This document shows, one piece after another, positions 1 through 8,030 of a stretch of DNA of 64,000 nucleotides. A program made the position numbers and the translations under genes. The stretch is taken from NCBI GenBank assembly GCA_038883855.1, contig JAVZLH010000003.1, positions 1 to 64,000 on the forward strand, given 5' to 3'. Within the stretch, counting starts at the first letter, position 1, and each line of letters opens with the position of its first letter. Below the pieces are notes generated by a model. It was not told the origin of the DNA and did not search any database. It saw nothing but the letters and a program-made list of their open reading frames with translations. Source of the stretch: Candidatus Bathyarchaeia archaeon. GTDB taxonomy: Archaea > Thermoproteota > Bathyarchaeia > Bathyarchaeales > Bathycorpusculaceae.

Positions 1-1
1 C

Positions 2-2122
2 GGAGAAGGCAAACTCTGCATCATGGCTCCAAGTCAAGGCTACAAAAGGCTAAATGACAATACTCCAACAGTTGTTGAAGATTTGGAAAACTTGTTTTTG
101 GAAGCTTTGGCAAAGGCTGGAGTTAAAGTTCAACGTGAAGCGTCGGAATTTTGGTTTGACAAGCCAGACTTAGCCAAGCAACCGTATAAAGGCAAGACTC
201 CGCCGTGTATTCAAAGTTTGATGGAAGGCACAAGGCAGGGACTGCGGAACGAGTATGCAGTAAGGTTGGCTGGTTTTCTCTGCAACTTCAAGAAGCTGGA
301 GCCTAAAAAAGCATGGAGGCAGCTTCAAGAGTGGAACCAACGGAACCAGCCGCCTTTACCTGAAACTGAACTTTCCGCTTGTTTTAAAAGTGCAGTGGAA
401 AAACGGTACGTTTTCGGATGCAGCGACAACGTTCTGGCAAGCTTATGCGACATGGAAAACTGCACCTTGGCTAAAAAGGAAATGAAAGAGCAAGAATCAG
501 CGAAGAAACAACTGAAAGATTCTGGCGGGCTGCCAGACGGGTGTTTCGAGGCAATTTACCACAATGGAAAACCATGCTTCTTGATTTTGAACAGTGGAAA
601 ATTCTTTATTGCAGAAAGGGTTGAAGCTGAAGGAAAATGGTTTCTTCCGAAAGAAGCCAGAAACATACCTTACGACCCATACGGTTTCTATGAAGGTGAA
701 GTTAACGTTCAAAGCTTGTTTGAAGATGTTAAACTGTGGATTCAAAAGCTGATTGACGTGGAGCCAATTTACCAGGACATCCTTGCAGTTTGCGTTTTAA
801 TGAGTTACCAGCAGGAGAAATTGCACACTGTGCCGTACCTCTTCTTTTACGGAGACAACGAAAGTGGAAAAAGCACAGTTCTAAAGGTGTTAAACAAGCT
901 TTGTTATAGGCCTCTTTTCGGAGTAACTATTCCAGCAGCAGACTTGTATGGCTACTTGGAAGATTCAGATTCAATTGGCTGCATTCTGGAGGATGAAGTT
1001 CAAGGAATCCATAAGGACACGGATAAGATTAAAATTTACAAGGCTGGCTACAGTCGAGGAGCCAAAGTTCCGAGAATGATAGCAACGGAATATTCCAGGT
1101 ACATCAAATACTACAACGTGTTTTGCTTCAAAGCCTGTGCAAGCGAACACATTCCACAGGTTAAAGGCTTCAACGAAAGGTTCCTTTTCGTGCCGATGGT
1201 TGAAGGCTACCCGCAACTTGAATGGGTTGACTTAACCAAAGAGCAGATGGAACAGTTAAACACTTTGCGAAACAAACTGCTAAAATGGAGAATGTTAACT
1301 CGAAACCAAGAGTTGCCAGAAATCCAACTTAAAATTAAGGGAAGATTAAAAGAGTTGTGGAAGCCTCTGCTGCAAGTTGCCTACGGCTTGCCTGTTTACG
1401 AAACACTGCAGATTTTTCTGGAAGAGCAGCAGAAAGAAAGACTGAGTGGAAAACAAGACACGTTGGAAGGAAAAATCGTCAAAGTAGTGGTTGACTTGTT
1501 TAACAGCAACTTGGATGGCTTGCCAACAATTCCGTTCTCCACCATTTGGAGCAGCTTGCAAGAAGAGTTGGATGGTAAAATAGACTTGCAGAAAGACTAT
1601 GTCATGCATACAAGCGAATTCGACGACGTGACAAAAAACAAAGTTGGTTATAGACTTAGGGAGATTTTAAGTGGAAAATCGAAAACAATAAGGCAAAAGT
1701 TAGAGGGAGTACCCGACGAGGAATGTCCAAGAGTTAAAGCCTACACCTTCGACGTAACCAAACTGAAAAGAATAGCTAAAAAGTATGGCTATGAGCTCGT
1801 AACTAAGTTACCGAGTGAACCGAGTTCCGAGAGTGTAAGCACTTCTGAAACTATGGAAAAAGTCCATAAAAACAATGTTGAAAAAGAGGCTCCTACGCCT
1901 CTGGAACTCGGTGCACTTAGTAACTCGGTTACGAGTCAGTTAGAGGATTCTTGGATTGTGAAGCGTGAAGGCAGCAAAGTTTACACCAAAGATGGCAACG
2001 TCTTGCTGGAATGCCAGTTTTGCAGAAGTATTGGCAAGCCAATGTTTTTCGCCACACAAGCAGACTTAGACTTGCATGTTTTGAGGTTGCACACTGGACA
2101 GCCAGCAAAAAGGAGTGGGTGA
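2..2122 (+). CDS. Replication protein: prim-pol tail, PriCT/PriL-like domain, P-loop helicase-like domain, C2H2 zinc finger (5'-truncated)
   Basis: The frame is open from base 2 (GEGKLCIMAPSQGY resembles the prim-pol 'GxGxYvvAPPS' motif). Also PPCI...G.RN...W...N.PPL...EL, Walker A GDNESGKST, Walker B-like CILEDE, and a C-terminal C-x2-C-x17-H-x4-H. Confidence 0.75.
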   Translation, partial: GEGKLCIMAPSQGYKRLNDNTPTVVEDLENLFLEALAKAGVKVQREASEFWFDKPDLAKQPYKGKTPPCIQSLMEGTRQGLRNEYAVRLAGFLCNFKKLEPKKAWRQLQEWNQRNQPPLPETELSACFKSAVEKRYVFGCSDNVLASLCDMENCTLAKKEMKEQESAKKQLKDSGGLPDGCFEAIYHNGKPCFLILNSGKFFIAERVEAEGKWFLPKEARNIPYDPYGFYEGEVNVQSLFEDVKLWIQKLIDVEPIYQDILAVCVLMSYQQEKLHTVPYLFFYGDNESGKSTVLKVLNKLCYRPLFGVTIPAADLYGYLEDSDSIGCILEDEVQGIHKDTDKIKIYKAGYSRGAKVPRMIATEYSRYIKYYNVFCFKACASEHIPQVKGFNERFLFVPMVEGYPQLEWVDLTKEQMEQLNTLRNKLLKWRMLTRNQELPEIQLKIKGRLKELWKPLLQVAYGLPVYETLQIFLEEQQKERLSGKQDTLEGKIVKVVVDLFNSNLDGLPTIPFSTIWSSLQEELDGKIDLQKDYVMHTSEFDDVTKNKVGYRLREILSGKSKTIRQKLEGVPDEECPRVKAYTFDVTKLKRIAKKYGYELVTKLPSEPSSESVSTSETMEKVHKNNVEKEAPTPLELGALSNSVTSQLEDSWIVKREGSKVYTKDGNVLLECQFCRSIGKPMFFATQADLDLHVLRLHTGQPAKRSG

Positions 2123-2124
2123 GT

Positions 2125-2646
2125 ATGCCACTGTTTGAACAGTTGGCTGAAAAGTTCGGCTTAAAACAAATTGATCCCTTCGGCACTGTTGTGCCAGTTC
2201 CAAGCAAAGACTACATGAACATGTGGACAAGCCAGTTGGACAGTGAAGGCGTGCAGATTCTCCAGGGAAGGTTAGACGGCAAAGTATGTTTCTTTTTACG
2301 TAAAAAGTCAAATCAGCCGCAGCAGTCAAGCCAGCCAGAATGGACACCAGAGCTTGTTGAAAAGCTGAAGTTGTTAAGAAACCAAAAGCTAGGACATAGA
2401 GCAATAGCAAAACAACTTGGCTTGAAAGAACATAAGGTGTATAAGAAACTTAAAGAGCTTGGCTTAATTGCAGTTGGCAAAAAACAAAAAGCAGACTCTG
2501 AACCTGTGTCGACGGTTAACAAGCCAACAGACTTGCTTGGGGAGCTTATCAGCAGCTTAAACTTGCTCTATCCGAAACATAAGCTGGCTTGTAAGGTTCT
2601 GTTGCAGAATGCATGTGTGTTTATGGGGGAGAATAAAAATGAATGA
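2125..2646 (+). CDS. HTH-domain protein of the mobile element
   Basis: WTPELVEKLKLL...GHRAIAKQLGLKEHKVYKKLKELGL HTH pattern. The ATG at 2125 lies just after the upstream stop. Confidence 0.65.
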   Translation: MPLFEQLAEKFGLKQIDPFGTVVPVPSKDYMNMWTSQLDSEGVQILQGRLDGKVCFFLRKKSNQPQQSSQPEWTPELVEKLKLLRNQKLGHRAIAKQLGLKEHKVYKKLKELGLIAVGKKQKADSEPVSTVNKPTDLLGELISSLNLLYPKHKLACKVLLQNACVFMGENKNE

Positions 2647-2812
2647 GAAGAGTAGGCTAGGCAACAGCAAAAAACGATGTAATACAAAACGTGTCGTAGT
2701 CAGTTTTAGGGTTTCATGGAGTGAATATGAAAGGCTGCGGAAGTTGGCTGGTAAGAGACATGTAAGCCAGTTTATTCGACTGCGAATTTTTGGGGTAAAG
2801 GCAAATGAGTAA
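2639..2812 (+). CDS. Ribbon-helix-helix (CopG/MobC-like) DNA-binding protein
   Basis: RVVVSFRVSWSEYERLRKLAGKRHVSQFIR is a beta-strand plus two-helix RHH pattern. Overlaps the upstream stop. Confidence 0.7.
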   Translation: MNEKSRLGNSKKRCNTKRVVVSFRVSWSEYERLRKLAGKRHVSQFIRLRIFGVKANE

Positions 2813-2924
2813 TGGAGAATATTTGTTTTTGATTTTCGGTTTGATTATCATCATTATTATTTCCGGGTTGGGTGAACGTAGACGTGGGAAAAATGAAAAA
2901 GCGAAGACAGAGACAGAGGCGTAG
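2805..2924 (+). CDS. Small single-pass membrane protein (39 aa)
   Basis: Own translation MSNGEYLFLIFGLIIIIIISGLGERRRGKNEKAKTETEA*. Start overlaps the RHH stop; hydrophobic helix followed by a basic tail. Below the ORF-track cutoff. Confidence 0.5.
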   Translation: MSNGEYLFLIFGLIIIIIISGLGERRRGKNEKAKTETEA

Positions 2925-3057
2925 AATGGATTTGGAGAGGCAACTTTCAAAAGAGATGCTTAACCAAGTGCGGATGGAAAACGTCATCACATATGAAGCT
3001 TACAGGCTTGAACAAAACAGAGTGAAAAGAAAGGAGATGGAAAGCTATGTTCGTTAG
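2893..3057 (+). CDS. Small basic hypothetical protein
   Basis: MKKRRQRQRRRMDLERQL...; fills the gap and overlaps the integrase start. Confidence 0.45.
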   Translation: MKKRRQRQRRRMDLERQLSKEMLNQVRMENVITYEAYRLEQNRVKRKEMESYVR

Positions 3058-3799
3058 AGTTGGACATTGGAGCAGCCACACTTATGCAAGGCTAAGCGTT
3101 AAAGATTTCGTTGAAGAGTTTTGCGGGTGGCAACCACTTTGCGAATTAATCAACCATGCAGAGTCTGGAAGAAACAGAGCTTTTTTGGCTTGCCTGTTTT
3201 TAACGGGTGGAAGAGTTGGGGAAGTGTTGTCGCTGCGAAAAGAAAATTTTGAGTTGAGGAGGCGAGAACGGGTCCTGATTGTTCGTGGTATGCCACTGCT
3301 TAAACGATACAAAAAGACAGCTGAGCAAGTTGACGTTTCAGGCAAAAAACATTGGGTAACTGAGAAGGTGCAGGCTACACGAAAGCCCTTTCCAATATTG
3401 CTCAGAGAACCTTTAACTCCAATATTGCTAGCTTGGATTGAGCAAAGCAAAGATCTGCTTTTTCCAAGCCCATACAAGCATGGAGAGCCACTGTCACGTT
3501 TCTGGGCATACCACTTCATAAGAAGCCTAGATAAAACACTTCCACTTGAATTAAAGCAGAAACTAGGCTTAGACAAACCCTTCATTAAAAATGGTAAACT
3601 CGTAGCTGACAAGCTGCACTTGTGGCTTCACTGGTTCCGAAGCCAAAGAGCCAGCCAACTGGTAAGCGACTTTGGCTTCGAAGTTGCAGACTTAGTGGAT
3701 TACTTCTCATGGGAACATTATGGCACAGCGTTAACCTACGCAAGACGCGGATGGAAGGGGTTAGCGTCAAAAATGAGGAAAGCAAAGCTGAACGCCTAA
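3047..3799 (+). CDS. Tyrosine recombinase/integrase (catalytic domain only)
   Basis: LFLTGGRVGEVLSL (R), HWFR (HxxR), FSW...TALTY (W and catalytic Y). SD-like GGAGA upstream. Confidence 0.9.
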   Translation: MFVRVGHWSSHTYARLSVKDFVEEFCGWQPLCELINHAESGRNRAFLACLFLTGGRVGEVLSLRKENFELRRRERVLIVRGMPLLKRYKKTAEQVDVSGKKHWVTEKVQATRKPFPILLREPLTPILLAWIEQSKDLLFPSPYKHGEPLSRFWAYHFIRSLDKTLPLELKQKLGLDKPFIKNGKLVADKLHLWLHWFRSQRASQLVSDFGFEVADLVDYFSWEHYGTALTYARRGWKGLASKMRKAKLNA

Positions 3800-3870
3800 A
3801 CTAGTTTATTTAATATACATAGACGGAAAGCAACTTGTTTTGGGGGTTGTTTTTTGTTTTCCGAACGAAA

Positions 3871-3898
3871 ATTAAACCTTATGCATATAAGGTTTAAT
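3871..3898. repeat. Perfect 11-bp inverted repeat with 6-bp spacer (candidate recombinase crossover site)
   Basis: ATTAAACCTTA-TGCATA-TAAGGTTTAAT, 71 bp downstream of the integrase stop. Confidence 0.7.
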
Positions 3899-4176
3899 CT
3901 TTGATAGGATGATAGAAAAGAAGCCTAAATCAGTGTTATTTTCCGTTATAAATAAAATAATTAAACTAGGAAAGTTGAATTTTAAAATGAGAAAGTCACT
4001 GCTGTTAATATCTTTTTTAACAGTTAACTATACTTTTACGTTTCTTAACAGAAATGTAAGTTTTGGAAATTTTAAAAGAAATCATCGGAAATCTAATTTT
4101 TGGGCTGGGGCTGATGTAAAGGCTCTAATGCATCTTGCAAGCATTGAAATTTAAATGTGTTTAAAGAGTTTATAGG

Positions 4177-4380
4177 AAAATCGCCGACGTAAAGGATGTT
4201 GTAGACACGGTTATCAGAAAGCTTGCACATTCAAAGATTTACTTGGAAAGAAGTTACTCATAACGGCGGACCCACGTTTGAACACATTGATCCAATAAGA
4301 GTTATAACAAACAGAAGTTCCGGGAGAATGGGGTGGCTATCGCCGAGGAAGCTCTGCGTAGAGGAGCCGACGTACACCGA
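4177..4380 (+). pseudogene. coaBC: coaBC (Dfp) internal fragment
   Basis: Across frameshifts: KIADVKDVVDTVIRKL / KDLLGKKLLITA / GPTFEHIDPIRVITNRSSGRMG / VAIAEEALRRGADV, the start of the CoaB domain. Confidence 0.85.
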
Positions 4381-4512
4381 AGTATCAAGTGCTCATACTT
4401 CAATCTAGTTGTTTAAGTTATTGAACAGCCCTTTAAGCGGTTACGTCGAGTTTGCGCCAGAAAGTGTTTAACCTGTTGATGAGCAACTGGTGTATTCGTG
4501 TGTCTCCGGTGA

Positions 4513-4590
4513 GTTCCCTCTGCCTGCCGAAGGCGTTCCTCTCAACGACAACGTCCATAACTCCTTAACGCTGTTGTCCTCCTATTTGTT
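4513..4590 (-). pseudogene. pdxT: pdxT (PLP synthase glutaminase) fragment
   Basis: Minus strand reads GGQQR*GVMDVVVERNAFGRQRE, matching the PdxT 'RNAFGRQ' motif, with an in-frame stop and no flanking domain. Confidence 0.7.
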
Positions 4591-4631
4591 GCGCCTGAAT
4601 TCCTGAAGTTCTCAGAATATTCATTAAAAAC

Positions 4632-4865
4632 GTGGGAATAACTGTAACTTCCACAATTGGCATCCTATTATGGGCATTAGCCCTCAACGGCGTATTCAAC
4701 GCGCTCCACGTATTCTTATCATCTATAATTGCGATAGTGCTGTTTAGAGCGACGGCGAAGAGGCTTCCAAGCCTAGCTGAAAAGTCTTGGTTTCGCTTAA
4801 AGGCTGGTGAACCGTTACTCTGGCACATCGCTTCCAAGGAACACTTTAAGCGAGAATCACCATAG
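4632..4865 (+). other. Hydrophobic ORF, possible membrane-protein remnant
   Basis: Two hydrophobic stretches; lies in the decayed region. Confidence 0.25.
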
Positions 4866-4944
4866 GACACGTTACTGAAAAACCGAGGAAAGGGTTTAAA
4901 CAGAATTTAAAGTTTAGAAGCTATCTAATTGAGAGTGATTAAGG

Positions 4945-5055
4945 CTAAACAATGTAGTCTCTCTTTCGCTTTTTGTCCAGTTTGAGGGCTTCCTTTATCA
5001 TTTTAAGGTCGATCTCGTCCAGCACATCTGAAGCCTTTCGCCGCCTCTTTTTCAC
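4945..5055 (-). CDS. Small basic protein (36 aa)
   Basis: GTG start with upstream GGTG SD-like motif; MKKRRRKASDVLDEIDLKMIKEALKLDKKRKRDYIV*. Confidence 0.45.
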   Translation of the reverse strand: MKKRRRKASDVLDEIDLKMIKEALKLDKKRKRDYIV

Positions 5056-5264
5056 CTAAGCACCATCCCCAATTTCTCAATTAAATTCGAAATGGCAATT
5101 TAAAAATAAAGATTATTCAGCCGCAATAGTACACTGCGAACCTTTAAACCGAAGATAAGTAATATTATTGGCAGGAGTCGACTCTTTAGGCGACAAATTT
5201 AATTTTAGTTTTCACACATGAAATCGAAATCTATTATTGGTTGCTGAGCGATTATTAAATTTGT

Positions 5265-6032
5265 ATGGCTGAAGTTGACGTACTTATAGTTCCAAGTCTC
5301 AGAAGTTCAGCTGTGAAGGCTGCAAATATGCTTAATGGGAATTATAATGTAGTTTTTCTAAATTATCCATACAATCTTCAATCTTCTATTTGCAGCTATG
5401 CCTATGGCTTTGCATCATTAAACGATTTGGTTGAACGTATAAAATGTGGAAGCTTTATTCCTGAACCGGTGAATTCATGGCTTTATCTAAATGAGCCTAT
5501 ATTAGAGGTTTTGCAAAGACTTCGTAAAGACGTTAAAATCTTCTGCTACAAGGATGTAGACCACTACCACATGTTGGCGGATGTAGCTTCCAAAATAGCC
5601 AGCCTAACCTTAAGAGTAAACATCACCGACAAAGTGGATGTTGACGAGTGGATTAAAACCTTGAGGTGGTCTCTTAGAACAGAAGCAACCGATTGGGAGG
5701 CAGAGGTGGTAGCCTCCAAAGCTGAAGGTAAAACTGTATGTTTAGCAGGCATCAATGGGTGGAAACTGGCTCAAAGAATAAGAGGGTTCGGACACAAAGC
5801 TAATGTCAAATGTGCTGAGAGGCTTTACTGCCTCAAACCCATGGAAACCTTCGAAATTCTCCTAGAAATGGGAAAATTAACAAGGGAAGAGGCTGAAAAA
5901 CTCGTTAGAGAACACGCCAAATTCATAAGGGATTTCGTGCTTAACACATGCAACATTGACGAGGCATACTATTCCTGGCTGGAAAAACGAAAAATTATCG
6001 GCTTAAGCAGAAAACTTCAAGTTCAAACATAA
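5265..6032 (+). CDS. Hypothetical protein (255 aa)
   Basis: Long intact ORF with protein-like composition; no motif recognised. Confidence 0.7.
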   Translation: MAEVDVLIVPSLRSSAVKAANMLNGNYNVVFLNYPYNLQSSICSYAYGFASLNDLVERIKCGSFIPEPVNSWLYLNEPILEVLQRLRKDVKIFCYKDVDHYHMLADVASKIASLTLRVNITDKVDVDEWIKTLRWSLRTEATDWEAEVVASKAEGKTVCLAGINGWKLAQRIRGFGHKANVKCAERLYCLKPMETFEILLEMGKLTREEAEKLVREHAKFIRDFVLNTCNIDEAYYSWLEKRKIIGLSRKLQVQT

Positions 6033-6100
6033 TCTATGCTCAGGATCTTTCAGAAAAGGAAGCTTAAAATGTGAAGCTTTTGGCACCACGGTTTTGAGGC

Positions 6101-6120
6101 TCAAATCCCGGCGGTCGCAC
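6101..6120 (+). other. tRNA 3'-end remnant (T-loop, T-stem 3' strand, acceptor 3' strand), probable att site; tRNA-Gly-like
   Basis: TCAAAT-CCCGG-CGGTCGC-A-C matches the archaeal tRNA 3' end pattern; no 5' half upstream. Confidence 0.65.
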
Positions 6121-6166
6121 TTTTATTAACATGGTTGAATAATATATAGGTTCGGCGGACAAACGC

Positions 6167-6490
6167 ATGGATAGTGATACTAAGCGATTAGCTTTAAGTC
6201 GTATTCAAACACTTTTCAATTTAGCCAGGGAAACTTATTTGGAAAATCCTGTTTTGGCTCAGCGTTATGTTGACATAGCCCGAAGGGTAGCGATGGCTGC
6301 GAGGGTTCGCTTGCCGAAGGAGTATAGGCGGCAGGTTTGTAGGTATTGTAAAAGCTTTATTTTGCCAGGTGTGAATTGTCGTGTACGGATAAAGCAGAAA
6401 AGGGAGCCGCATGTCGTAGTTACATGCTTTAACTGTGGAAAACATATGCGGATACCATTAAAGAGTGTTAAGGAGAAGGTTAGGGAATGA
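6167..6490 (+). CDS. rnp4: Ribonuclease P protein component 4 (Rpp21)
   Basis: CRYC...PG.NCRVR...VVVTCFNCG...RIP zinc ribbon; conserved context. Confidence 0.95.
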   Translation: MDSDTKRLALSRIQTLFNLARETYLENPVLAQRYVDIARRVAMAARVRLPKEYRRQVCRYCKSFILPGVNCRVRIKQKREPHVVVTCFNCGKHMRIPLKSVKEKVRE

Positions 6491-6786
6491 GTAAACTTAC
6501 TGCGGGTATAAAGCGCCGCATCAAGAGGGAAATTAGTGGTGAAAAGCCCACAATATGGGTTGGAAAGGGCGGGGCTTCGCAAAATTTGTTGGAGGAAATT
6601 GGAAAACAACTGGAGCAGAGAGAAATGGTTAAAGTAAAAATCTTGAAGAGCGCACTTGAAGGAAAAAAGGCATGCGAGATTGCCTCGGTGATTGCTGACA
6701 AAACTGGAGCAACCATTGTAGAGGTTAGAGGACACACGCTTGTCCTTTACAAACGCCGGGAAAAACGCTTTAAACCGCCAAAATAA
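6487..6786 (+). CDS. YhbY/CRM-domain RNA-binding protein
   Basis: PTIWVGKGG...EMVKVKIL...VEVRGHTLVLYK. Confidence 0.92.
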   Translation: MSKLTAGIKRRIKREISGEKPTIWVGKGGASQNLLEEIGKQLEQREMVKVKILKSALEGKKACEIASVIADKTGATIVEVRGHTLVLYKRREKRFKPPK

Positions 6787-7058
6787 AGAAAAAAGTTTTT
6801 GGTTTTTATTTGAATCCGGACATTGTATGTTTTCCTCGTAGTTTATAGATCTTAGGCTGGAGCTTCATTGCATAGGATTGTAAGATATGGAGCCATAAGC
6901 GCTTAGAGGCATAGTCTATTTGTAGTAGGACAAAAATGTCGCCTTTTCCTCGTCATTTTTCTCATAATCGGCGCCTATTTCTAAATCCAAAAACTTTTAC
7001 CACAACTTTTAAATTTCATACTTAACACGCTTACTGAAGGAACAAGAGGATAAGAAAA

Positions 7059-7529
7059 TTGACAACCGTTTACAACGTACCAGCATCTAAATTAATAGAA
7101 AAATTAGCCCAGCATCTAAAAGAAAATGTGGACGAGATAAAACCGCCATCATGGTCAATCTTCGTTAAAACAGGCGCTCATGTTCAAAAACCGCCCCAAA
7201 ACCCGGACTGGTGGTATATCCGATGCGCCTCGCTATTAAGGAAAATCTACGTTCACGGACCAATAGGGTTAGAAAGGTTAAGAGCTGAATATGGTGGAAG
7301 AAAGGACTTCGGTGTGAGACCGGAACACGCCGTAAAGGCTGGCGGAGCAATAATAAGAAAAGCTCTACAACAGCTTGAGACTGCAGGATTAATTGAAAAG
7401 CTTCCAGCACGCGGAAGAAAAGTAACAGCTGAAGGAAGAAAACTCCTACAGGAAATAGCCGAGGGGCTCAGCAGAGAACTTGTTAAAGAGATTCCAGAAT
7501 TAGAGAAATACATAATAAAAGGCGACTGA
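7059..7529 (+). CDS. rps19e: 30S ribosomal protein S19e
   Basis: VKTG.H...[18 protein letters not shown]. Confidence 0.97.
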   Translation: MTTVYNVPASKLIEKLAQHLKENVDEIKPPSWSIFVKTGAHVQKPPQNPDWWYIRCASLLRKIYVHGPIGLERLRAEYGGRKDFGVRPEHAVKAGGAIIRKALQQLETAGLIEKLPARGRKVTAEGRKLLQEIAEGLSRELVKEIPELEKYIIKGD

Positions 7530-7530
7530 A

Positions 7531-7860
7531 ATGTCAGACGAAGAACTCGAAGAACTCCGCAAAAGAAAACTTTTAGAATTACAACGCCAAATGGCTGAAG
7601 AAGAAAAAAGAGTACAAATGCAGCAACAACTGGAACTTGAGAAACAAGCCATACTTAGAAGCATATTAACTCCAGAAGCAAGGCAAAGGCTGACAAACTT
7701 GAAGATGGTCAAGCCAGAATTCACATCTCAACTTGAATTACAGTTAATCCAACTGGCGCAGCAAGGAAAATTGCCGATGCCCTTAACAGATGAACAGCTA
7801 AAGCAAATACTTGTACATCTGCAAGCAAGGAGACGTGAAACAAAAATAAGAAGGATATGA
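7531..7860 (+). CDS. PDCD5-like dsDNA-binding protein
   Basis: [19 protein letters not shown]; follows S19e. Confidence 0.93.
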   Translation: MSDEELEELRKRKLLELQRQMAEEEKRVQMQQQLELEKQAILRSILTPEARQRLTNLKMVKPEFTSQLELQLIQLAQQGKLPMPLTDEQLKQILVHLQARRRETKIRRI

Positions 7861-7862
7861 AT

Positions 7863-8018
7863 ATGGCGCGAAATAAACCAACGGCAAAAAAACTTAGACT
7901 AGCAAAAGCGGGAAAGCAAAAGCGAGCCGTTCCATCATGGGTTATCGCGAAAACGGCCGGAAAATTTAGAACACACCCAAAAAGAAGACAATGGCGAACA
8001 AGAAAAATAAAGGCATAG
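7863..8018 (+). CDS. rpl39e: 50S ribosomal protein L39e
   Basis: Own translation [31 protein letters not shown]...[14 protein letters not shown] (51 aa, not in the ORF track). Confidence 0.95.
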   Translation: MARNKPTAKKLRLAKAGKQKRAVPSWVIAKTAGKFRTHPKRRQWRTRKIKA

Positions 8019-8030
8019 GAGGGCTGTCAA

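Larger units (their letters stand above)
1..6120. mobile_element. Right end of an integrated plasmid/virus-like element plus decayed flank
   Basis: Primase-helicase, HTH, RHH and tyrosine recombinase are co-oriented. A 28-bp inverted repeat follows the recombinase, and a tRNA 3'-end remnant at 6101-6120 precedes the core genes. The left boundary lies outside the window. Confidence 0.8.

Noticed and set aside
3909-4154. 81-aa ORF in the AT-rich tract and an imperfect inverted repeat at 4036-4059
   Set aside because: The composition reflects AT-rich DNA with no motif, and a 10-bp repeat with one mismatch is expected by chance at this AT content.
6045-6120. Complete tRNA gene
   Set aside because: Only the 3' 20 nt fit; the upstream sequence cannot form the acceptor, D or anticodon arms.
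6790-7055. Possible gene remnant between yhbY and rps19e
   Set aside because: Only short ORFs without recognisable similarity.
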